From Verrucomicrobiia bacterium (GTDB taxonomy: Bacteria; Omnitrophota; Omnitrophia; Omnitrophales; Aquincolibacteriaceae), in NCBI GenBank assembly GCA_035495615.1, contig DATJFP010000020.1, positions 2,258 to 66,257 on the forward strand: DNA of 64,000 nucleotides. Reading direction: 5' to 3'. Below, one piece after another: positions 55,851-64,000 of the stretch (within the stretch, counting starts at the first letter, position 1; each line of letters begins with the position of its first letter). Below the pieces are notes generated by a model. It was not told the origin of the DNA and did no database searches. It saw only the letters and a list, made by a program, of their open reading frames with translations. The position numbers and the translations under genes were made by a program.

Positions 55851-56456
55851 TTAAAATCTGCTTTCACTGACATTGATGATGTCGTTGGCTTTGATTTCTA
55901 TATCGGCAGAATTGCCGCTGATGATCTCCTCGGCATTCGCATCCAGCGTTTCGCCCGTGCTTTTCCGCACGATCTTGATCTTCTTGATGTTGGCGATGTC
56001 GGAAAATCCGCCTGCCAGAGAGATTGCCTTGAGCAGCGTCAGCTTCTTGGATCCGGGAGGAAATTCATACGTCCCCGGCTTGAGAACCTGCCCCAGCACC
56101 ACGAAAGAGCTCGCCTGGTAGGCCAGCACTTCGATGACGACTTGAGGATTCACGATATATTCGTTGTTCAGGAGGTCCGCGATCGCATTTTCCGCGTCCG
56201 GCACTTTTTTTCCCGCCACGCCGATTTTCCCCAGGAGCGGCAGCGTGATGTTGCCTTCGCTGCTGATTTCGGCCGTTCCGCCTTTGAGGTATTCGTCTTC
56301 CGGATAAATTTTGATGTTCAATTTGTCGCCCGGCTGCAGGATGTAAGACTCGTCCACTTTGGCCCCCTCGTCGTCGGCCGCGCCGGCGGAGGAAACGGCC
56401 AAAAAAAGAAGCACGGCCATGCTCAGCCCGATCCGTCCCCAGAATCTCGTTTTCAT
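55851..56456 (-). CDS. Wza-like polysaccharide export protein (Poly_export plus SLBB)
   Basis: Start refined to ATG 56456 with the SD AGGAG. Signal peptide, PGDKLNIKIY Poly_export motif, and SLBB region. 201 aa. Confidence 0.8.
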   Translation of the reverse strand: MKTRFWGRIGLSMAVLLFLAVSSAGAADDEGAKVDESYILQPGDKLNIKIYPEDEYLKGGTAEISSEGNITLPLLGKIGVAGKKVPDAENAIADLLNNEYIVNPQVVIEVLAYQASSFVVLGQVLKPGTYEFPPGSKKLTLLKAISLAGGFSDIANIKKIKIVRKSTGETLDANAEEIISGNSADIEIKANDIINVSESRF

Positions 56457-56464
56457 AAATACTC

Positions 56465-57862
56465 CTAAAAGGTCATATTGACGCCCGTCATCAGCGTGTG
56501 GGCTACATAGGTATCGGCGGTTTCGTCGCCTGTCCGGAAAGCAAAAGTATACCGGAGGCGGTACTGGATCCATTTCGCGATCATGTAATTGAAGGTCAGC
56601 GAGATCGGAAAGGAAAGCTGACGCGTCTCATTGTCCTCGTCCCCCGTCTTGGATACCTTGTTGCGGAAATGGGAAAATCCCACGTCTGCGATGGCCGTCA
56701 GCTTGCGGTTCAGCCGGGTGTTCAAGGAGATGCTGATGTTGTCGTGAGTGAAATGCTCATCGGATTTCGTCGCGGTCACGCTCTCTTCGTTCGGCGAATT
56801 CGAAGTGCTGTTCTGGATCGACCGGATCGCCTGGAACGTGAGCTGGCTCTTGGGCGTCAGCTGCAGGATGTACCCCGTCCCGAGCTTGATCGTGTTGATG
56901 GCCGCCGTGTCCAGGGAGCGCGGCGTCTGATGGCTGAAAGCGAAATCAAAGCTGATGGAAGATTTCCGTGTCACCCGCCCGAAATACCCCATATGCACTT
57001 CATGGCTGTTGGAATCGCCCGTCTTGCTGCGGATGCGGCTCGCCCCGAAACTGTAGCCGAGCGCCACACGGCTTTTCGGCGTGAAATTCCAAAACGCGCT
57101 CGGCGACATGAGCACGTCCCACTGGGAGTCCTGATCGGAGGCTTCACTCGTAAAAAGGCGTTTCGTGGCATTAAATTCCGTGTTCACGGAAAGCTTCCTG
57201 GAAACCACGTAATTGAACGCGGTGTCCTGATTGGAATCCCAGCGGACTTTCTTTCCGTCGATTTCGATGGTCTTGCTGCTGTGCCGGGCGAGTCTGGAGT
57301 TGACCGAATGCGTTATTTTTTTGAAATACTTCCGGCGGTAGCGGATCCTTTCCTCGACCTGCAGAAAATCGCTGATGGGGAAATTCATGTTCCACTGCTT
57401 GCCGACGCGCGCTTCCGAACGGAGATCGGTCTTTTTCCCGCCGAGATCCACTTCGGCGAAGCCGATAGTATCGAAGACGGAATCGCTTTCCTGCTGCCGC
57501 GCCGGACGCCTCTGGATATTGCTGTCGTAGGTGTATTGGCCGTCCAGACCGAATTTCAGCCGGTCGCGTTTCGGCATGCGCAGGAGCTGCGTCTTCAGAT
57601 CTTCCAGGTCCTTGGTGTAAGACTCCATATTCTCGGAAGGGACGTTCCCCTGCATGTCCTGCAGCATGCGGAGCTGCTTTTCTTTCTCTTCGGCCATCAG
57701 ATTTTCGTGGAAATCTTTCACGTCCTGGTCCCTGATTTCGTCAAATCGCTCGGCCTGGCCCACGACGGCCCAGGCCCGCTGGGGCCCCGAGAGGATCGCC
57801 TGGATGACATAAAGGCCGCAGAGCAGGGCCCGGCATACCCGCGGCGGAAAATAAAGCCGCAT
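56465..57862 (-). CDS. Outer-membrane beta-barrel protein of an EPS locus (PEP-CTERM-associated OMP type)
   Basis: Start at MRLYFPPRVCRALLCGLYVIQA (signal peptide). Alternating amphipathic beta-strand pattern throughout. C-terminal aromatic residue (…GVNMTF). Confidence 0.55.
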   Translation of the reverse strand: MRLYFPPRVCRALLCGLYVIQAILSGPQRAWAVVGQAERFDEIRDQDVKDFHENLMAEEKEKQLRMLQDMQGNVPSENMESYTKDLEDLKTQLLRMPKRDRLKFGLDGQYTYDSNIQRRPARQQESDSVFDTIGFAEVDLGGKKTDLRSEARVGKQWNMNFPISDFLQVEERIRYRRKYFKKITHSVNSRLARHSSKTIEIDGKKVRWDSNQDTAFNYVVSRKLSVNTEFNATKRLFTSEASDQDSQWDVLMSPSAFWNFTPKSRVALGYSFGASRIRSKTGDSNSHEVHMGYFGRVTRKSSISFDFAFSHQTPRSLDTAAINTIKLGTGYILQLTPKSQLTFQAIRSIQNSTSNSPNEESVTATKSDEHFTHDNISISLNTRLNRKLTAIADVGFSHFRNKVSKTGDEDNETRQLSFPISLTFNYMIAKWIQYRLRYTFAFRTGDETADTYVAHTLMTGVNMTF

Positions 57863-58008
57863 CCTCCGATAAGACGGCCGCGGATGCAAAATATTTGCTC
57901 CTAAAACCCCTGGGATTTTTTTTCCGGAGGATCCGGAAAAGGTTCCCGGCATGAGCGGATCCTGCGGCAGGCCGTTCTTCGCAAAATTCCGGGAGACGCA
58001 ACGTTGCA

Positions 58009-59934
58009 TTACCCACCCAGACTGCTCGTTTGGGGCGCATCGTTTTGCGCCATGAGGGACAAGTTCAACTTGGCATCTTTGAATTCGGAATTGATGTCCA
58101 AGGCTTCTTCGAATTTTTGCCGGGCACCGTCTTTGTCTCCCAGCCACCAGCGCGCACAGCCGATGTTATTCAGAATTTTTTGCCGCATGATGTTATTGTG
58201 GCCCTCAAAGGTTGTCTCCAGCTCATCCAGCAAATCCAGCGCGTCCTGATAGCGCTCCTTGACGATATAGAGTCCCGCGAGATTGAACTTCGCGGGAATG
58301 TAACTCGGGTCTTTCTCCAGCGCATTTTTATAGAGGCCGATGGCCTGGTCATAGTCGGACTGATAAGCGACGACGTAGGCCAGCACTCCGGTTGTAAATT
58401 GGTCCGGCAAAATCTTATATCCCAGCGACGCGTGCTCCCGGGCGGAATAAAGATCCGTCAAAAGCACATACGTCGTGGCCAGGCCCGCCTGCGCCCAGGC
58501 GTCTTTAGGATCCTGAGTCACTTTTTTTTTAAAAAGCTCGAGCGCTTCGTAGACCTTGCCGTCTTTCAGCTGATAAAAACCCATGTCCCTCAGATCCACT
58601 TCGGAAGCATTTTTAAATGCGGACTTCAAGTCCGTCACGTCGCCATAAGCCGACAGATTGCTTCCGGCCCGCCGGAGATGTTCCGCCCCCTTTTCCGCGT
58701 CCTTTAAATCAAAATAATAAATGACGGCCTGTTCGGAATCCGCCAGTGCGGCCCAGGCTTCGCGGGAAGCCTTTTGGGCGCTTTTCTGGTCCTGGGCGGG
58801 CGCCTTGGAAGAAATTTTTTCGTAATAAGAAAGCGCTTTCTGCGAATCGTTTTTCTGGTAATAAATATCCGCGAGCTGCGCGTCCAGGCTCAGCCCCATT
58901 TCTTCTCCGAGATCTCCTTCTTCGGACAGTTTGAGCAGGACACTCGCGCCCTGGTCGTACTGGGCCTGGAGCTTATAGATCCATCCCAGATAAAAACGCG
59001 CCTTGAGCCGTATCTTTTCGTCCGGGGCATTTTCGAGCAGCTTGAATATTTCCTGCGCGCGCTGGAGCGAATAAGAGTGGAGGTATTGGAGCCCGAGCTG
59101 CAGCCTGATTTTGTCGGCTTCAGGCCCCTCTCCCTGCGTAGCCAAAAGATTTTCGAGCTGCGCGATCTCGACGTCGCGTTTCTTCAGGTCCTCGATTTTT
59201 TTCAGCAGATTGGAGGCGAGCTCGTACTCCTCCATGCCTGCGTTCCCCATGGCCAGGCCGCGGAGCAGCCTCTCCGCTTCATGATATTTTTTCTGCTTGA
59301 TCAGGATGTGCGAGAGATTAAGTGCGACAAAGGAGTTTTCCGGATGGTCGGGATAAAATTTCAGGAAGCGGCGGTACAAATCCGCGGCGGCGTCGAGGTC
59401 CCATTTCTTTTCTTTGTCTTCGGCCTGCGTCAGGAGCAGGTAGCTCGAAACCTCCACCGGCTGCTGCTCTTTCTTGGTGAAGTTTTTTTGGACGTATTTG
59501 AAGAATTGAGCCGTCTTGTAATACAGATCGCGGATCAGGCGGTAAAGGTGGTCCAGAATTTTGAGCCATTCCGCGCGGCCGGGCCTTTTCGCTTCCACAG
59601 TTTGGCTGAGATAAAGCTTCGCGCGTTCGCGGCCCGCCCTGGTCGTGGTTTCGTCGAAGGAGCGGGAGGCCAGCTCGAGAAGCGCCATGTTTTTGAGGTC
59701 GGCTTCTTTCTGCGTTGCCTCTTCGATGGCCATGCCCTCTATCAATTTCTGATAAACCTTGGTACCATAGGCGGACGTGGAAGACTCGGCGGGCTTTTTA
59801 TCCGTGGCCGAAAGGGCGATCTCAAGGCTTTCCAGGGAGTAATCGACCAGGAAATGAGAATAGAGGGTAAAGCCCACCACGATGACGAGGATGAGTCCGC
59901 CCGTTACGGAGATCCAACCCAGTAAGCGCCGCAC
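58009..59934 (-). CDS. TPR-repeat protein with N-terminal membrane anchor (PrsT-like PEP-CTERM-system TPR protein)
   Basis: 641 aa with one N-terminal TM helix followed by many TPR units. Confidence 0.7.
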   Translation of the reverse strand: MRRLLGWISVTGGLILVIVVGFTLYSHFLVDYSLESLEIALSATDKKPAESSTSAYGTKVYQKLIEGMAIEEATQKEADLKNMALLELASRSFDETTTRAGRERAKLYLSQTVEAKRPGRAEWLKILDHLYRLIRDLYYKTAQFFKYVQKNFTKKEQQPVEVSSYLLLTQAEDKEKKWDLDAAADLYRRFLKFYPDHPENSFVALNLSHILIKQKKYHEAERLLRGLAMGNAGMEEYELASNLLKKIEDLKKRDVEIAQLENLLATQGEGPEADKIRLQLGLQYLHSYSLQRAQEIFKLLENAPDEKIRLKARFYLGWIYKLQAQYDQGASVLLKLSEEGDLGEEMGLSLDAQLADIYYQKNDSQKALSYYEKISSKAPAQDQKSAQKASREAWAALADSEQAVIYYFDLKDAEKGAEHLRRAGSNLSAYGDVTDLKSAFKNASEVDLRDMGFYQLKDGKVYEALELFKKKVTQDPKDAWAQAGLATTYVLLTDLYSAREHASLGYKILPDQFTTGVLAYVVAYQSDYDQAIGLYKNALEKDPSYIPAKFNLAGLYIVKERYQDALDLLDELETTFEGHNNIMRQKILNNIGCARWWLGDKDGARQKFEEALDINSEFKDAKLNLSLMAQNDAPQTSSLGG

Positions 59935-60072
59935 CGTTTTTCCTTTGGAAGAGAGTGTTATTTTAGGTATCTAATTTAATCAAATAATAACTTAGAATAG
60001 TATATGCTGTCAAATTTATCGCCCCTCCCCACCGTTAAGTTTCAAACCTCAGGGGCCGTTAAATAACACATT

Positions 60073-61416
60073 ATGGACAAAGAAGTTAGAAGAACTTTTG
60101 TTCCCCGGACCACGCTCTTCTTCCGAATCATGACGGGGCTCATCGTCCCCCTCTCGATTTTGATCCTCGTTTTTGCCGGCATCCAGCTCGGCAACGAAAT
60201 GAGCCGCCTGAATGACTCGTATCAAATCAAAAGCCGCTTCGCTTTCGAATCCCTGCAGAGCGCGATCAAAATCGCCCTTCAAAATGCTCCCGAAACTTTC
60301 CGGAACGAGGCGAATCTGGAATCTTTTTTTGGGCAGTTAAAAGATTCTTATGAGGGCATCGAAGTGGACGTCTACAGCCTTTTGGATCACGCCGTCATTT
60401 TCGGAGATCATCCGGAATGGGACGCCTTCGACGAAAAGGCGGTGGAGCTCAGCCTTTTCCAGAAGCAGCAGGGCAAGCCTTACATCATCCGCGTCAACAA
60501 GAGCAGTCAGAAGCTCAATTGCTACATTCCCGTGGCCGAAAGGCAGAAAGACGTCACGCTCATCGTGCGCGCGCAATTCCCCCTGGCCAACGTCAAAGAG
60601 GCGCTGGCGAATTCCCGCTGGACGCTGACTGTCATGGTGATCCTGATCGTCCTGACCGGCGCGGCCATCGGCTACAAGCTCTCCCGATCCATCGTGCGTC
60701 CTATCAAGACGCTGAATGCCGCGACCCAGGAAATCGTTAAAGGCAATCTCGGCAAGCACGTCGACATCCAGACCGGGGACGAGATCGAGATCCTCGCGCG
60801 CACATTCAACAAGATGAGCGACTCGCTCAAAGAGATGCAGCAGAAGGCCCAGGATTCCAACCCGCTCACGCACCTGCCGGGAAACCAGGGAATTTTCCAG
60901 GACCTCAAAAAGAGGATCATGGAGCGCCAGAAATTCGTGCTTTTTCATACGGACCTTGACCGGTTCAAGGTCTTCAACGACCACTTCGGACTGGCCAAAG
61001 GCGACGACGCGATCAAGATGACCGCGGACCTGCTTAAAAAAGCGCTGAAAGAAAAAGGCGGCGACGATGATTTTATCGGCCATCAGGGCGGCGACGACTT
61101 CGTGGTCATCACCCGTCCTCAGAGGGCCGTCGCTATCGGCGACTACATCTGCGCGGAATTCGAAAAGGTCGTCGTGAAGGCCCTTTATCCGAAAGAGGAC
61201 TACGAGCGCGGCTATACGATGCAGATCGACCGCCGGCGCCTGGCGGAAACGGGTGAGGAAGTCCTGACGCAATTCCCCCTGCTCGCCGTTTCTCTGGCGG
61301 GCGTGTCCAATGTCAAAAAAGATTTCGCGGATTACTTCGAATGCATGAGCGCGGCGGTCACGGTCAAAAAAGAAGTGAAAAAGACCATCGAGAGCTCGTA
61401 CCTGATCAAGGAGTGA
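60073..61416 (+). CDS. Membrane sensor with HAMP and GGDEF-family domain carrying a GGDDF signature
   Basis: 447 aa with two TM helices, then a HAMP domain (IVRPIKTLNAATQEIVKGNLGKHV). GGDEF fold motifs (NPLTHLPGNQ, DLDRFKVFND) but the active-site signature reads GHQGGDDFVVI. Confidence 0.85.
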   Translation: MDKEVRRTFVPRTTLFFRIMTGLIVPLSILILVFAGIQLGNEMSRLNDSYQIKSRFAFESLQSAIKIALQNAPETFRNEANLESFFGQLKDSYEGIEVDVYSLLDHAVIFGDHPEWDAFDEKAVELSLFQKQQGKPYIIRVNKSSQKLNCYIPVAERQKDVTLIVRAQFPLANVKEALANSRWTLTVMVILIVLTGAAIGYKLSRSIVRPIKTLNAATQEIVKGNLGKHVDIQTGDEIEILARTFNKMSDSLKEMQQKAQDSNPLTHLPGNQGIFQDLKKRIMERQKFVLFHTDLDRFKVFNDHFGLAKGDDAIKMTADLLKKALKEKGGDDDFIGHQGGDDFVVITRPQRAVAIGDYICAEFEKVVVKALYPKEDYERGYTMQIDRRRLAETGEEVLTQFPLLAVSLAGVSNVKKDFADYFECMSAAVTVKKEVKKTIESSYLIKE

Positions 61417-61419
61417 GCG

Positions 61420-62385
61420 TTAGAGGCTGCAGCTGACGACCGTGGCCGAGTTGCCGTCGGCGATTTCCTCGGCCGCAGTCTGCAGGGAATTGCTGGAAAC
61501 GCTGATAGGCCTTCCCGTCCGGCAGTCGAATTCGCCGTCCGAAGAAACGTAAGTCCCGCCCGTAATCTGCCGGTCCCCGAGCACTTCGAATTCGCGGACC
61601 AGCTTGTCTCCGCGGTATTCCCGGGCGACGGTGCAGGTCGCCAAACAGCCGGGCGGCACCGTAACGCCCCGCCCCTTGAGATATTCCGTTTTCGTACCGT
61701 TGTCGCCTTCGACGGTCTCGACCGAAGCGCTGGGCGTCGGGCTGGGACTCACGCTCGGGCTCGGCGAAGCCGTAAGCTTCTCTTTTTTGGCATCCGGACT
61801 CGGACTGACTTCCGCAAATGGATTCTCTTTTTTCTCCTTCGCGGAAACTTCGAGCACGCATTTCGAGCTGCATCCGTCTCCGATGGCCGTATTGCCGTCG
61901 TCGCATTGTTCTCCTGGGTCCAGATTTCCGTCGCCGCAGCTTCCTTCCGATTGGCACGTGGCCGAGCAGCTGTCGCCGTCCGCGACGTTGCCGTCATCGC
62001 AGGTTTCGCCGGGATTCACGGTGCCGTTGCCGCACGCGGCAATGTCTTCGAGCCGGCAAAGTGAGCTGCAGCCGTCGCCGTCTTCGCGGTTGCCGTCATC
62101 GCACTCTTCGCCGGGATCGTAAACACCGTCGCCGCATACGGCAAAAACAGCGCTCAGGGAGCGTCCGGGAATTTCCCGGTTCTCCGCGAAGACAGGATTG
62201 TTATAAAAAGACGGAAGGACAGGCGGCGGCGTCAGGATGGTGGGAGCGGAAGTTTCGGGCACTTGGATTTCTTTTTGAGGCGTGCTTTCGTCCGTGGTTT
62301 CGGAAGTATCCTGAGCATGGGCGGGAAAAGGGCATAACAGGGCCATGACGCCAAGGATTGCGACCCAACGTTTCCAACGCTCCAC
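61420..62385 (-). CDS. Secreted protein with four Myxococcus-type cysteine-rich repeats (CxDG ... E-x-CDDGN-x-x-DGD-x-CS-x-x-C)
   Basis: Signal peptide, then four tandem units such as [27 protein letters not shown], followed by a Ser/Pro-rich linker and a C-terminal domain. Confidence 0.7.
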   Translation of the reverse strand: MERWKRWVAILGVMALLCPFPAHAQDTSETTDESTPQKEIQVPETSAPTILTPPPVLPSFYNNPVFAENREIPGRSLSAVFAVCGDGVYDPGEECDDGNREDGDGCSSLCRLEDIAACGNGTVNPGETCDDGNVADGDSCSATCQSEGSCGDGNLDPGEQCDDGNTAIGDGCSSKCVLEVSAKEKKENPFAEVSPSPDAKKEKLTASPSPSVSPSPTPSASVETVEGDNGTKTEYLKGRGVTVPPGCLATCTVAREYRGDKLVREFEVLGDRQITGGTYVSSDGEFDCRTGRPISVSSNSLQTAAEEIADGNSATVVSCSL

Positions 62386-62496
62386 AGCCCCCTCCTGTGA
62401 CGGATTTCATGGTTTCCGTCTTAAAACCCGCTTCTTTAAAAGATAAATGAGAAAAGGCAGGACTGCAAAAGAAGGCCGGAAAACGGGTGCCGCAGG

Positions 62497-64000
62497 CTAC
62501 TTCATCTCGGCATAAAAGCTGAAATGGCGTTGAGTTGCGTCATCCGCAGTCACGTCAAAAGTCAGGACCACGGGTTTCTTGAGAAAGGCAATGACACCCA
62601 GATCGATAGGCTCGTTTTTCCAGCCTTTTTCATTCAAGACGCGGATCCTTTTCAGCAGGTGATGCCCCGCCCAGATGCGCAGGTAAATGGCGGACTTCAC
62701 GTTCTGTTCGAAACCGGCATCCGCAATGCCGTACTGAACCACAAGCGTCCGGGCCGGCGGGACATGGGGAAACCGGATTCTCCGGATGCCGTTTTGAACC
62801 GGCTCCACGAAGATTCCCTTTTGATTTTGTCCGTTATAACTTTCCTCGCGCAAGGCTACCGCGGCATCCCCTTCCTCTTTTTCGAAATAAAAACCGTTCT
62901 CTTTCCAAGCCGCGGGCGTGACGACCACCTGGTCTTCGATCGTGGAGACCTGTGCTTCCGGAAGATGCCCCGAGATGTCATAGGGCAATTCGCCTCCGCC
63001 GGACGGGACTTGCGGCAAAGGGACAGCGGCTTTGGATTCGGCCGCGGGCTTGCGGGAAATTTTCTTTTGGGGCGCGGCCGGTTCAGCGGCGGCCGGAGCG
63101 GTAATGCGTTTGACCGGATGCGGCGCCGGTGCAGGCTCCTCGGGTAACGGAATTTCCGCGCGCGGCATTTTTTTCTCCACCGTTTTCGGCGCCGGGGTCG
63201 AAGCCGGTTCCGGAACAAAAGCCTGCGCGACTTCAGTATCCTGGGTTTCTGCGGCCGCGGGCCGCGGCGTTACAGGGATTTTGGGTTTAGGTTTCGGCAG
63301 CGTTTTACGCGGCGTGCTTACGGCCGCGGTGGGAACCGTGGGGACTTCGGACGCCGCGGTTTCTTCCGCGCTATCCACGGCATACACCACCTTGCGCTTG
63401 GGCGCGGAAGGCGCTACGGAGGGCAAAGCCTCGGGCGCGGGCTCGCCGCCCGTGGAATCGGTGGAATCCAAAGAAGTATCCTTGTCGGAGGAAAACGTGG
63501 TCCAGCCTTCGTCCTCGACGCACCATGCCGGATGCCCCGTCCGGCAGGCAAAAGCAAAAACCGCCGCCAGAATCAGCGCCAATCCCGTTTTTTTCAAGCG
63601 GCCGGTAATCCCCAGGAGGGCCACGCCCATGACCGCTAGAAAGATCCAGCCCAGCACGCCGTCGTAGCCCTTGCCTGAACCGAAATAGAAAAGCATCTTG
63701 TCCTGATGGCTCGTCAGCGCGCCGGCCATTTTCAAAAAAAAGACGCATCCCGCATGAAGCCCGATACTGGCATACAGCGTACCGGTGCGGAGCAAAAGAA
63801 GGTTCAGGATGATCCCGAAGATGAAAAGACCTATGGCGCCGGGCAGGATGTCCTGCCAATGCATGAAGTCTTTCACGGGAGCAAGCACCAGCTTCAGCGC
63901 GTCAAAAAAGTCGGGCGAGGCGCCGATGTAAGGCTTTTTCCCGCTCAGAAAATGGACGACGGCATAAAAAAAGTTGGTCGCGGCCAGGGTGAGCCCCAGC
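62497..64000 (-). CDS. CPBP-family (CAAX/Abi) intramembrane protease with long Pro/Ala-rich linker and C-terminal globular domain. The 5' end lies beyond the window.
   Basis: The minus-strand frame stays open to position 64000. The upstream part carries CPBP motifs (FFYAVVHF then IGLHAGCVFF). The ORF-track start at 63888 is an internal GTG. Confidence 0.6.
   Translation of the reverse strand, partial: LGLTLAATNFFYAVVHFLSGKKPYIGASPDFFDALKLVLAPVKDFMHWQDILPGAIGLFIFGIILNLLLLRTGTLYASIGLHAGCVFFLKMAGALTSHQDKMLFYFGSGKGYDGVLGWIFLAVMGVALLGITGRLKKTGLALILAAVFAFACRTGHPAWCVEDEGWTTFSSDKDTSLDSTDSTGGEPAPEALPSVAPSAPKRKVVYAVDSAEETAASEVPTVPTAAVSTPRKTLPKPKPKIPVTPRPAAAETQDTEVAQAFVPEPASTPAPKTVEKKMPRAEIPLPEEPAPAPHPVKRITAPAAAEPAAPQKKISRKPAAESKAAVPLPQVPSGGGELPYDISGHLPEAQVSTIEDQVVVTPAAWKENGFYFEKEEGDAAVALREESYNGQNQKGIFVEPVQNGIRRIRFPHVPPARTLVVQYGIADAGFEQNVKSAIYLRIWAGHHLLKRIRVLNEKGWKNEPIDLGVIAFLKKPVVLTFDVTADDATQRHFSFYAEMK

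Noticed and set aside
1-64000. Search for CRISPR arrays, tRNA/rRNA genes, transposases or integrases
   Set aside because: No regularly spaced 25-40-bp direct repeats, no tRNA-like T-arm/anticodon-arm structures in the few intergenic spacers, and no transposase or integrase-like ORFs were found. The intergenic spacers are too short and few to hide them.

Overview
The window is a very gene-dense, high-GC (roughly 60%) bacterial chromosomal segment with about 60 protein-coding genes. About 85% of the genes lie on the minus strand. Many genes are translationally coupled with 1-, 4- or 11-nt overlaps, and several convergent gene pairs share or overlap their stop codons. The ORF track shows M for GTG and TTG starts as well; several starts were refined to internal ATGs confirmed in the sequence.

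Content, 5' to 3':
- 1-5081: a truncated cell-wall (dcw) cluster, murD(partial)-mraY-murF-murE.
- 5095-5766: an OmpA-like lipoprotein.
- 5886-7457: a GAF/HD-GYP c-di-GMP phosphodiesterase.
- 7584-9732: a HIT hydrolase overlapping an Arch_ATPase/DUF234-type ATPase.
- 10040-12835: a secreted trypsin-like protease, secreted hypothetical proteins and ptsN.
- 12973-17109: a four-gene metal-response operon (FAD oxidoreductase, CDF efflux, OmpR-type response regulator, sensor kinase).
- 17179-19797: a REC-GAF-PAS-GGDEF-EAL protein.
- 19980-22592: a DCC/DUF393 plus lipase-maturation-factor fusion, and a HAD hydrolase.
- 22589-28965: a seven-gene minus-strand operon (CPXCG zinc ribbon, CheY-like regulator, DUF4301-like protein, a ClpX paralog without the zinc-binding N-domain, YjbQ, a small membrane protein, an Upf1-like SF1 helicase).
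- 29120-34067: a CBS-pair protein, then mutS-mutL joined by an ATGA overlap.
- 34127-43524: a long co-directional gene array (hypotheticals, a secreted creatininase-family protein, a fatty-acid hydroxylase, a family-5 peptide/nickel-type ABC importer).
- 43680-43945: an AT-rich island with a 17-aa lysine-rich mini-ORF and a bidirectional terminator.
- 43961-47164: a translationally coupled gene chain encoding FmdB zinc-ribbon, 2H phosphoesterase, MORN lipoprotein, a membrane protein and a secreted hypothetical.
- 47643-47894: a CsbD-like stress protein.
- 48049-51926: a lone lpxD with a near-consensus, apparently leaderless promoter, then folE, apbC/mrp and a cysteine desulfurase.
- 52052-59934: the export core of a PEP-CTERM/exosortase-type exopolysaccharide locus (TPR lipoprotein, beta-barrel OMP, Wza-like exporter, Wzc-like tyrosine kinase, O-antigen-ligase-like/TPR protein), without the exosortase or glycosyltransferases.
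- 60073-61416: a HAMP-GGDEF protein with a GGDDF signature.
- 61420-62385: a secreted protein built from Myxococcus-type cysteine-rich repeats.
- 62497->64000: a CPBP (CAAX) protease that runs off the window.

No rRNA, tRNA, CRISPR array, transposase or integrase was recognised. The most likely candidates for an undescribed system are the seven-gene ClpX-paralog operon at 22.6-29.0 kb and the lysine-rich mini-ORF island at 43.7-43.9 kb.
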